A program made the position numbers and the translations under genes. 64,000 nt of DNA from Antedon mediterranea (taxonomy: Eukaryota > Animalia > Echinodermata): NCBI RefSeq assembly GCF_964355755.1, contig NC_092676.1, forward strand, positions 17,192,871 to 17,256,870, written 5' to 3'. This document shows positions 1 through 12,300 of the stretch, piece by piece. The notes beneath the pieces were generated by a model, which was not told the origin of the DNA, searched no databases, and saw only the letters and a list, made by a program, of their open reading frames with translations. The number at the start of each line of letters is the position of its first letter. The stretch's first letter is position 1.

Positions 1-2917
1 TCAAACACAGACCTAGGAAATTTTGCTATTGGTTGTAACTTGTTTTAAAAATTTACTTACACCTGTAGTTGTACTTGAAAATAATTTACAGCTCATTTGC
101 ATAACTGTAGCTCAGACCATGCTAAAGCAATGTACATCTCGAAAATTTAACATAGGAAAAGTGAATTAAAAACAGGAAAGTTTTGATTTCGACAAGGCAA
201 GAACGATTGTTAATGCTATAGCAAAACTAGAGGAAGGTTAAGAATATCAATTGAAAGTTTCTATGGATTTAATAATTATTCAATGTAGTGCAACACTTAT
301 TGAACACCGGTGTCTACGAGTCTGCAAAATTAAGGTAAGGAACGATAGTTATGGAGTAACCCTAGTGTTAGAACGCTTCCGAAACATAGAGATTATGCCC
401 TAGGTGTAGTTTATGCTCCCAAACAATAACTTGTCACTCTTCCGTGGTATTTTGTAGAATGTAAACTTTAGTTTCAATTAAAAACTTTAGGAACACATTA
501 GGAAAATGTATAATGAATCAAAATCAATACAAAATGTTCACCTGTACAAAACGTTTTATTATACTACGCCCCTTATAGACGGCGGACGGTAACATTACAA
601 TTACCATTCATTTCTAATTGAAAATAATTCCATCTTTCATATTTTTTCTCTTTTATTACAATTAATAAGCTTTTATGCATCAAACATTTACCACATACAA
701 CGACACACTAACGTAATAAAACAACCTTTTTTTGGAACTACACACCTTTTCAAATTGTGTGCAAAGTATGTTTGCTAATCTAATAAAGAAATATAGACCT
801 ATTCCGTATATTGTGGTATATAAAAAATCACTTACATGTTAAATTTGGGTAGAAATATTGAATTCTCCATTGGGATATCTCTAAACTTATCAAACTGCAA
901 ACAACAGTAATGTATTTTCTTCTGTTTTTATCGGTTTATTAGAGATTTTGTCATGACATTTCGACAAACTTTCCAATATATTATTGGATGATTGATTATT
1001 GGTATTTGCGCAAAATATCCGTGATTCCCGATCGTCTGCATAAAGCTCGTTTCCGTCCCCAAATACGCATTGACTTCCATTACGCACTAAGTTCAAATGT
1101 CATGTTACCGATACAAAATGTATTTCTTTCTGATGTAATGTCAAGCTTACTCCAATTAAAGTTTAGTCACTTTATATGACTGGCTACGGTGGCCTGCAAA
1201 TGTCATGTAAAAAAACCACGTGATATTTTTTTAAAGTTGTTGTGACACTTACAGACCATCGTAACTGCCACATAGTGACTTATAGAAGATTTTCAAATAT
1301 GTACAAAATGGTGACGTCGTTACACAGTAATGCTTATGTGTTTCTTGAGTTTTTCTAAACATTTGGCTTTTAACTTTAAGCAGAACAAAATAAACTATTT
1401 ATATTAAAATGTTATTTTAGATTGTTAGGAGTATAGTACTAGTTTCAGAAATATGAACTAGAGTGTTTTTCAAATTCACAAAAATAATATATTACATACT
1501 TTTATATTCACAAAATTTTGTTATTCATTTATACAGAAAATCGATCTCCTGGTGTAGTGAAAGAAAATAAAACAAGGGGACCAAACTATTCATTTTTTTT
1601 AAATGACACTGCTAAACATTTACTTAACCTCTGTGTAACTAAATTAGATCACTTTCCATTGTAGTTAGCACAAACACATGATTTTCCCTTTTTGCATGGC
1701 ATGCCACGGGCACCGGTACATCTTGTCTGAAAACAGCAATTATGTGCTCCAAAATAGTTTACTGTGCATGTTTTGCCATACGTTAAACACTGAAAATAAA
1801 AATAAAACAATTAGGTCATTAACACAACTCACCTTTATCAAATCGATAATAATCACATGATACATGATCGTTTATTTGTTTGTTATAACTTTACTTTATT
1901 TATTCGAATAAACGCCTGTGCGTATATTGTTCAGGAGGGTTTTTAAGTGGGAGTTTATTCAAGGAAGGCTAAATGCTTAGTAATTATCCAAAAGATCCAA
2001 AACAACCGTTTATTCTAACAAAATAAAAAAGAAAATCCTCCAAATTTCTCCATATTCTGCATTCACGCTTCAATTTGCTTGTCAGGTCCGAAGGGTCATT
2101 GTTGTCTACAAAACATTGGCCCAAGATGACCTAGGCTAAGTTTACGGCTTTCGCTCTCTGCGGGCGAAATCAAAATTACAGGCGACGAGTGTACACTGCA
2201 TAGTGCGTGGGATGTATTTAAACAGTTATCCAATGAGAAGCGTTCTAATTACATACACTTGGTTTGAGGACCCTGCGTCATCAAAACTTTGTTATAGATC
2301 TGCTCGCAGCATTCACTTGCACTTTGCCATTTCTAGTTTGTCATTCCATCATTTTTATATAATGACATATTCAGTCATTATTTATAGTTTATTTCGTTTG
2401 CATTGCAATCGACGTTTGACAACCCTAAGTGTAAATTTGAATTGTAAAATTCAACACGTATCAGGCCTTTAATATTAAATTGTCCTTCGAAACAGGTGTA
2501 TGTGCAGAATAATTCCAATAAAATGGAAAATTGAATTCTACTCATTTATATTCATACACTTCTACTTATAATTCTTTTTTTTTTCCTTTATGAGCATTTT
2601 ACTTATGCATTTTGATATTAAAAATAACAGGAATAGGCCTAATAGTAAATTGGGTTTCAGTAATTTATATTCATAGATCTTCACAAATGTATGGAATTCA
2701 TTTTTAACCAAAGTTTTACATTAGCCTCATTGACGACTTGTTGAAATGAATAATCATCTTTTATTATTGGACTGTGATCATTATATAATATCCTAAAGTT
2801 TTTGATCAAAGTAATAGACAGCAACACATTACTACAGACATTATGTCTAAGGTTATGTGTTAATCCAGTTTAAGACAACGTATTTCTCTGTCTTGTTCCT
2901 TGGCAGATTCTACAAAT

Positions 2918-3357
2918 TCAGCCCGTCTTTTAAAGATATATACAAATCGAGAGAATGTTGTGAGCCGCGTTAATAACGTTAATAAAACGTGAATATTATT
3001 CACTTTGTTTCATATGCTATAGTTTATTTTAAAGATTTAAAGAAACAAATATAAAGGCCTAAAGTTGTAGGGTTTACTTTATTATTTTCTGTTTTGGATT
3101 ATATTAGGAACCTTTCGATTTGCGATGACCGACTACGGATATTTTTATTTCGAATTTTATTCATTAAAAAATATTTAAATTATTAAAATTACCCTTACCC
3201 TAGAAGGTCGCGTCCTTGATGGTCTTCGTTTTTCTAAAGCTTGGTTCACAAAGTCAAGATATCCGTCGTCTGCTGGATCATCTTCCTCTGATTGTGCGTT
3301 GACACTCAAAGCTGCTATGACAACCATTGCCAAGAGTATGAAATGGGCAATCTTCAT
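2918..3357 (-). CDS. Small secreted peptide precursor (neuropeptide- or antimicrobial-peptide-like), 55 aa, coding exons 3357-3199 and 2926-2918
   Basis: Translation: MKIAHFILLAMVVIAALSVNA|QSEEDDPADDGYLDFVNQALE-KR-RPSRTRPSRT-G*. A strong acceptor (T10-GCAG) lies 2 nt before the ATG. Donor AGG|gtaagg at 3199/3198; acceptor ctttaaaag|ACG GGC TGA at 2927/2926; AATAAA at about 2760-2765. The splice completes a perfect RPSRT x2 repeat followed by Gly-stop. Confidence 0.75.
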
Positions 3358-3840
3358 CTCTGCAAAAAAAAAAGCATAGCTTTAGTTTCAGATTAATCGG
3401 GAAGATTTGGTCTTCCTTACAGAGAAAAGTCAAGATCAGTGAAAGCACTTCTTCCCATTGGCCCATTTAATTTCATAGTCAACTTTTAAATTTAAGTATC
3501 CCAACTGATGGTCGTTGATATTTGGAAATTCAAGATAACAATAATACGATTAATCCACACCCTACAATAAGCAATATAAAAAATATTGTAGTAGGCCTAA
3601 AGTACATCATCTTAACTTAATAACAATATTCAACAATAGTCCTTCCTCACTTTTATTTACTTAAGACGACACAAAAAAACCAAATAAAAATACAAGATTT
3701 TGGCTGAAACTTGTTTTAATTGCAATTCAATTATGTATTAATGATATAACTAACATTTTCAGTATTATATATATGCATCTTTTTTGTAATTGTTTAAAAT
3801 GAGTTTTTATTGTAGCGTACTGTTTCAAATTACATCTTAC

Positions 3841-4000
3841 CTAGAATTTTATATATTTAGCTAAATTAAAAATGTTTGAAATGTTTATGATTAAAATTAT
3901 ATTGTTGAAGAGATACAATATTCACCTATAACAAGTTATTCACTTTGATCAAAAATTAAATCTAGTAAAATTGTTTAGTCGCTTATTCCGTATGTTTATA
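3841..4000 (-). promoter_or_regulatory. Candidate TATA box and non-coding first exon of the peptide gene
   Basis: On the minus strand, TATAAA at about 3995-4000 and donor tag|gtaaga at 3841/3840. The ATG exon starts at an acceptor, so an upstream UTR exon must exist. Confidence 0.35.
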
Positions 4001-7000
4001 AGTGAAATCAATAATGTTTCGTTTTTTATGCACAAAATTCCGTATTCTAAGTTTGATTTTATTAACCTTTATTTTAAATGTTTTAGGAACTTCTATCAGC
4101 ACAAATAATTATAATACACAATTCAGAACTGTGTTTTATTTATAATTTCAGAAAGATTTGAATCACCCGGTATTAGGCCTCTACTAATGTTACTAATACG
4201 TGTGTGTAGTTGCCGAGATAACACTGTCTCTTGAGGTGAAAGTGACCTTTAAAACATAGAATCAAAAACTTTAACATTAAACTATAAAGTGTGAAACATT
4301 AGCATAACCCTTTTAGCAGTAACATTAACATGTTCTAGACGGAGTTTTGACTTAATATTAATTTTTAAAAAGATATTTATTTTGGCACATATGTCGTTTC
4401 ATACGTTCTATATTCACTGATTGTTATATTTTTTTCTATATTTCTTGTGTTTTTTTGTTTAAGTTGTTTCATTGCAGGACCATATTGAAAAACAGAAATG
4501 TTGTGATCTTTTCTTTTCTGAATTATGTTATCCTGCCTAAATATGTTTTAATAAATAAATAAATAAATACGTATACCTCGTATTTACAAACAAAAATCGA
4601 AAAGCCAACTGGCAACTAACATAAAAAAATCTATATCTTTGAGCAAGTCTAGGTATATTCAACAATGTCTTAGTAGTTGTAGTTCTTCGTATGGTTTTTC
4701 CTACTGAGTTATAATTGCAATTGCAATGTTACACCACAGTTTCTTCTATAGGTTTCCCCTATCCACTGAAAATAGAAATGCCTACAGATGCATATTATTC
4801 CAAACGCAGCCATAACGTTGACAGTTGTTTTTAGGTTTCAAAGAAAATATTTTATTTAAAAAATGAGTTTCATATAATTGTTATTTTTGTCAAAATCATG
4901 TAGATTTATAGAAACTGCTCGGAAAGTATGTTGCAAATACTTATAAACAGTATGAAAGCCTAATGCATTTTAACTTGACAGTTCCTATATAGTAGTCGTA
5001 TAAGGAATATTTTTACACCCAGACTAAAATACCAAATTAATAATCTACTCTTTTTATGAACATAATCAATATTTTTGCTGACTTGTATCTGTAATAAAAC
5101 GGATTTATGGATGGTTTGATTAAATGAAATTGAAATTCAAGATTATGTACATACTGTATTGATGCAAGGCTTTTATTAGATTTTATAAATTATGTAAACT
5201 TCAGCTACATTCTAATAATAGAGTTTGTTATGCCTAGTTGATTAGTTGTATAACCACTGTTGTAGTGACGTTAAGACAAATATGAAAGGTTTTAAGAAAC
5301 AGTACGGTACTAGGTCCAAATCGTATGACTACTCTATTCAAGTTTATTATTATTATTAAATTCATTTATTTCTTTCAAAACAAAATTAAAAAAAAGATAA
5401 TTTCTTACAAATATTTTATGAAATTAAAACAGAGTCTTTAGGCTAAAATAATGGTAATATATTTCTTTGAGTTTTGAAAGTGGCAATGTCCCAAAAAGTA
5501 AAATCAAAAGGAAAAACCAAGAGAAACTTGTGTCGGGCAAGCCATAGATATTAATAATAATACTCTTTCATTCTATAATAAAATACGATTGTTTATTGGA
5601 GTGTAAATACAGTATGTAAAAATCAGATGTAAATGTGTTTGAATAATGATATACATATAATATTGAGAGAGTGTGTGGTGGAATATCCGAGGGAAACAGT
5701 CATGGGAACAGATCCGGAGGATAATGTCACGGAGAAAATGTTAAGGGGGAGTAATTGTCTGGGAAACAAGTCTGATATTTAACATAAGATTACTTAACAT
5801 GTTATTAGTAAATTATAATAGAACAGCATAACATTCATTGTTTTAAATAAAACTGAATGTTAACCGAGAAGGTTATTTCTTTTAAAATGTTAAATATAAT
5901 AATAGGCCTATTTATATCAATATTTTTTATAGATGATAACATAAATTTGCATGCTATTAACATTATATTTATATAGATATATAAACTCTTTAATTTTAAT
6001 ATCAAAAATAATATAAGTTTAAAACATATATATGATTTGATATACGTTGACTTGTTCTGCTATTGTACAGGCGCGTTAAAGTGTCACTGCTCACGCTTCT
6101 CTGAATCTAAAGTATTCTAGTCATGTCCCTAAATTGGGTATTTTTCTTCTATGAGTAAAATTGATAACAATTTAAGTGACTTTTCTGGGTTGATTTCTAA
6201 ATACTACATGTTATATATGGGTTTAATTACTTCAACTAAAAGTCTTTCTCAAAGGCAAAACTTACAGTTTGGGTTCAGTAACTGAATTTAAATAAATACA
6301 TTTAAGTGATATTTCCTAGAGGCAAATGGTAAAATGACAACAAATGCATTGTACACGCGCATCAAGCTATTGTAACATTTCGTGGCCGTTACTCTGATGA
6401 TATCACTACAACATGAAATGTCTATTAAATAATCTTGGAAATAATACCACATGGGAAATAAGTATGAATCTACCCTGATGGTGATAAACGAATGTTCTTA
6501 TAATATGTCGCCAGAAAAAAAGAAGTGTAGGTACACCATTATAGATTGTTCATAAATCGTCACCATTAGGCAGTACAATACATGATTTTAATTTCAAATA
6601 CTCAGTACGGGTTATGCAGAACTAGGTTGGTTTTGTGCAAATTTCTAGTAGCGTTGTCGTAGTGTTCTGGTCTATGTTCCCTAGATGCTCATTTCACACT
6701 GTAGTTCGATGAAGATAGCTTTTGAATTGCCCAACAATTTAATAGACAACTCTTATTATTATTATTTATTAACGTAGTTTGTCAGAGTGCACTCCCTGAT
6801 CATTTATCTTTATTGCAATAAACCAAATGTAAATTAATCGAATTAATGTATACTTGCAAGTAGGAGTATGTCTGCATGGTTTAGGTTACGTTATAATTTA
6901 TATATTTATTTTGTTTTGATCATAATAATATTTACGGAATCTTAGCTTTGCAATGTATCGCCTGTGATAGATAATATCAATCATCATGTTGTTTAATTTA

Positions 7001-8640
7001 AATGTAAATTATCAAACACACAGGTAGGCCTAAACATAATATTACTTGACGCTCGCGTAAAGAAGGCATTTTTGAGTGAACTTCCACATGGGTCGTAGTC
7101 ACCGACTGGTACATAGAACTTTTGATTCATGTTAATATGCCACATGACGGAATGACCCTTGTAATCGTGGTACTATTCTACTGGGCCGGTAGGCGAGTAA
7201 ATGGGTTTAGGCTAGGCTATAGGCCTATAATATATAAGCTTAGGCCATGGATAGTTATTAATACATGAACATGCTTAGGCCTACAGTAGCATATATCCTG
7301 TATTGAATGAAGGTTGGTTTCCTAGTAAATAGGAACTAGGCCCTAACCTGTAAATCGATAATTCACAGTTTGTAAATATAATTTTAATTAATTGAAATGC
7401 ATTTTTACTACATTCTCAGAAAATCCTCGCGAGATCATTCTCCGCCATGATTTTGGTCAACTTTTGCATTTTCATGACGTCACGTCCACTGTAGGCCTAC
7501 TTAGGTAAAAAAACATAGCGCCCTCAATTGTACGCATTTTACCAACATCTCAACGTATTTGCCACCAAACCCACTCTAAGCAAAGTTCAAAGTACTCGCG
7601 AAAGTTTGTAATGATCAACCAATCAAAAGACATTACATAGGTCTACAAATTAGGCCTATTTACCAAAGCAAAAAAATGTTCTTACGACCGACCAACCGAC
7701 AGACCGACCGATTGCACGCGACTACTGTAAATACAATAACAACAAACTAATTGGCGATGACCATGATTTAGTTCTGTATTCTAGAACATTGAGAATGACG
7801 GCAGTATTCAGTTGTTATACACGGTGATATTGCAACTCTGTGTTTATGATGCGACGGGGCACAGATTGAACTTACCGCCTTTCAAATAAGGAGTGTGGTT
7901 CCGTGTTTAATATCACATTATAGTATTAAACACGTTAGTATACTTTTTAGAAAAAGCAGCAGATAATTGTCCATTCGGACATTTGTGACGTATCCTTGGT
8001 GAGCAATATCACGAATGAAATATAAAATAATCTAAGTTAATGACATCGTGACGCAGGCGGTGTCTTTTATCGAATGGTTAGTAAGTTTATACATTTCTAC
8101 ACTTTATCATTGCGATTTTATTGCATTTTTTATTATTTTATTACCATGGTTTGTTGTTATCGTCTTTATTATACTTTTGTTTCTGTTTATTTAGAATTAT
8201 TTGAAACACAAAATGACTTACTTTATTATAGTAAGTATTGGCAAACGTGTCTTTTGAAATTATTTGTAAGCGGTAAGCACAGACGCCATCTGTAAACCAT
8301 GTTGAAAATATATATTATACAAGTATTAAAACATCAAAAAATAATAATTTTATCGTCAATTTGAGAGGTATGTATATAAAAAAAAACCAATTGTGATTTC
8401 ACTAGGAAATAGTTCATTGCTTTTAATGGAAATGTGAACTTTTGCATCGATGCTTCCAAATGTAAACGTAAATTTGATGTAATTGTTTCATAAAAAACCA
8501 TCGTTGTTGTATGAACATGAAAATAAAAATATTAAATACATTTGTTTAAGTTTGATTTGATACATTGACATTTGTTATCTTCTATCTATGAATCTTAATT
8601 ACAGTAGTTTTAAATAGTAACTGCACAATTCCGTGATATT

Positions 8641-8758
8641 CACGCAATGCAAGTGAATTGACCAATCACAAGCGACAGTTTGAATAGTCCATCGCATTTA
8701 ATTTGTCAATTCGCTTGCGTTGTGGCTTACGTCCTTGCGTTGCGTCCTAGCGGGAACC
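8641..8758. mobile_element. Partial copy of palindromic MITE family B
   Basis: Shares acgcaa-gcaagtgaattgaccaatcacaagcga and ttgcgttgcgt-ctag-gggaacc with 26127-26312. Confidence 0.7.
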
Positions 8759-9160
8759 TCCAAGATGAGATGTTTGTTGTATCTAGTCCAATGCGCATTT
8801 GTATGTATATCCCTAATAATTATTAAAAATTGCTAGTTTTCGCATATAAAATATCTTCCTATCACTTCCTAACCTCGTTCATTTTACCGTACTTTTGAAC
8901 TATTCCATAGATCTACTTTTCTGTTCACATTTATACCTATCCATCGTGTGGTTTGGTTTATGAATAATCGTCAGGAAATATTATATTGCTTTCATACCTA
9001 CGAAATCAATATCTTGTTCAGTATCGTTTTATGGTTTATTTATTGTATTGCAGAACATTATTAAGTATATTTTTTCACGATTCATTTCAGATCTCTTTCA
9101 AATTAAATACCAAATATCAGTGTTGTTATGATCTATTTTGACGGAGGCCTCTTTAATTAA

Positions 9161-9397
9161 TTAAAGATGTATTGTGCCCTAAAAACATGAAGTTTAATAA
9201 AATCGAACTTTGTAGGTAATCACTTCAATAGACAAAAATGAAAAATAAAATGTTTTCAAATATAAAATAACAAAATAAATGTTTAAATTCAACCTTTACA
9301 TTTGCAGTTTTTTCAGGTAAATATTTTTCTTTCATTAAAGTGGAAAATTCAGCCGAAATTTTGGTTAAGAATTATTTTTTTCACAACACATCTTTAA
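9161..9397. mobile_element. Short non-autonomous TTAA-flanked DNA transposon (Kolobok-like)
   Basis: TTAA-AGATGTATTGTG ... CACAACACATCT-TTAA. Same termini as 42436-42976. Confidence 0.7.
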
Positions 9398-12300
9398 CGG
9401 TTGTATAGTCTGTATTAAAACAACAAAGTTCTTATTTGAAGGTATTTAATTAGAGGAAGACCCTTGAGTAAGGCTACGTATAGATGTTTATGTACATAAC
9501 AAAAACAAAATTCATGAAGCGAAGATGAATGAGATTATAAGAAAATAAGCAACTAATCAACCGACCGAGTTATTGATGCATACTGTATAAAACTTTATTA
9601 GTTGTTTTCTTTTTTCACCTACACAAGATCAACATATTCATGTTGTCCCAAAATTATACTAAAATGTTAACCATTTTAACTTACTTTCTTTAATCGCTTT
9701 GGTAAAGGTATCCTATATGTGAGTTCCTGCAAAATATAAAAAGAAATACATACGTAATACGTAAATTAAGATACAGTTCTCGTGATACAAATAAAATACA
9801 CAAATCTCACTCCCAGACTCCCAAGACTTGTAATAAGACTTATATGTAGAGTATGTATCTTTTGTGTGTTTTGTGGGACAATGACTGAAATACTTACAAA
9901 ATAGACCTAATTGCCTAAAAAAACTAAACAAGAACAAACAGTAGAGAAATGGGATATATTATCTTAGTAAGAGGAAAAATGGCAAAATCAGCACTGTGGT
10001 CAAGTGTTGTCAAAACAATATAAATTATCTGATAAAACTCCTAGAAAATATGAAAACTTTTGCCATTTCACCCTGACTGATCTCCATTTTGTTCAATGAG
10101 AGGGCTTTCATTGTTACTGATGATATAAAAAAAGGGCATTAGTTTTAAAAAGACAGAAACAATAATAATCTTGTTGTCTACAGCAACCTTAATGTATAAC
10201 TACGTAACTATCATAGGCCTACTTATGTTTCCAAAAAACATATACAAACAATTTAAAAACATATACCTTTTTTCTATAATGTGAGGTCTAAAAATAATTT
10301 GTCTCTTGGTTCACATTAATAGAAAATCTAACGGAAACAGAAACGACATATGAACACATTTATCATGATAAATGTTCCGAATTCTTAAAAAAAAATATTT
10401 ACAATACTTAGGAAAACAAAACTCAGCAGATTATTTTTTTTAAACTTAAAGTTTAGGCCTATCGGGTTTTCACAATTTCACAAAAAGGTACATGAATTAA
10501 AAAAATCACAAATTTAATTTTATTAATAGGGATACGATAATGTATTTGATTATTAATAGAAGCCTACATACCTAACTCACAAAAGTGACATTCTTCTAAT
10601 TTTTTTATGTGAATATCAAAATCAACTTTTAAAATTTACAAAACATTAGGCTAATAAAAACATGAATAATAAAAACGTATAAAAAAAATATTTTTATAAC
10701 ATACTTATCTATAGCAGAATTGAATTTTCTACTTTTCAACATATCTTTTTATTGGGTAACAGAGAATTTTTTTATATTTTTTGGGAATCAAGTTGTAACT
10801 ACCATTTTCCTGTAACCGTAGTTTAAAATTAGATCATCAACATCTCTATTTGCATTTCACTTTCAATTTCGTAATCTATTCTATTTGGCCTACAATCTTT
10901 CATTTAGTTAGAAGGATTTGGTCTATGAATTATTGATTGATTATCACAAAAACGGGTTTACCGTTTAGGAACTGCATGTACCGAACTTCTATATAAATTA
11001 ATAGAAACATTTACTTCAATATAGGCTAATCAAAATCAATAAATTGTGAAATTCTTTATTCCAGATAGCTTGCCAATTTCTTTCTTATTAGATAATACAA
11101 TCATTTAAAAGATACAAAACACTTGATTCACAAAGGTTTTAGGAACTTCAAACAATGTTCTTAAGCCGCTACATCATTATGTAATTAATTTAGCATTTTC
11201 ATAAGAAAGGAAATAGTGAACGGTATACATTGGCATTCAAATGTAATTTACTTAATTTCAACTTGCAAAATTCGGAGTGACGCTGCATGCAGTATGCCGA
11301 GATTCATTTTAGTAATAACGAAATATTTTTAGAGTAACTATTGGAACATGTTTAGATCATACTGAGTTTAGTTTTTTAGCGTCACGTTGTTTTACATATT
11401 GTGTATATTTCAGTTAGGAAAGGGCATGTTTTAACTCTTGGACAAGAATTCTATTCGTTAAATATATAATAGAAAAAAGCATGGCGATTTAACGTGTTTC
11501 CAAAAGGAAATAAAGTAAGTAGAACTCCAAAAAATGGTTGTAGAATAACAACCAAAATATAAAGCAATTCTCGACTTTACTTATCTCATTTTGTAAAAAA
11601 TGGTTGTAGGCCTACTTTTTATACATATATACAGATATATTCGCCTAGCAAATGCCTCACTGAGTGGTCTCGGTAGCAACACATTCTAATCGATTGATGA
11701 GAGTAATTAGTAGCCTCTCCAATATGATTAATATTGATTGTTCAGTAAAGATAATAAGATAAAACCTAACAAGATCAACATGAACAGCGTTATGTTGGCT
11801 ATTTATATTAATATTCGCATGGCTTCCATAGTAGGCTAAACTTACAATACATGTTATATTCCCTTTGGGCTGCAATGATATAATAACATTGATATTCAAT
11901 AGATGTATAACCTAGCGTGACCAGGCGTACATTAACCAGGTAGTGCAGTGTGGGAAATTCGGAAATGATGAAAATCGATAGTATGATAATTCAGTACATA
12001 TTAATATTGCAGCACATCAATTAAAGTTGTCAGTGAATATTATGTACGTTTAAAATGATACGTTTTGTTATCGTATCAATCATTTTAAAAACAAATAATT
12101 GTTTAGCTGGAATACCAAAAATAATAGAAATTGAAAACATAGTACGTACATTATTCTTAAATTGAAACTCTTACTTCTATTTATTTTCAAAATTGTGTTT
12201 ATGGTTAAAATATGAAATTCGTGCTGGAAGATGTTTGAAAGTATAGAAGTAACTGCGGTATCGGTCAATAGATCAACAAAATGTATGTACGTTATAAAAA

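Noticed and set aside
2040-2472. Moderately GC-rich stretch and 89-aa ORF
   Set aside because: No motifs, stops in the plausible frames, and no supported splice structure.
3175-3198. ORF-track C-terminus VRVILII* of the peptide precursor
   Set aside because: It reads through a consensus donor (AGG|gtaagg). The spliced TG* ending fits the repeat and the polyA signal better.
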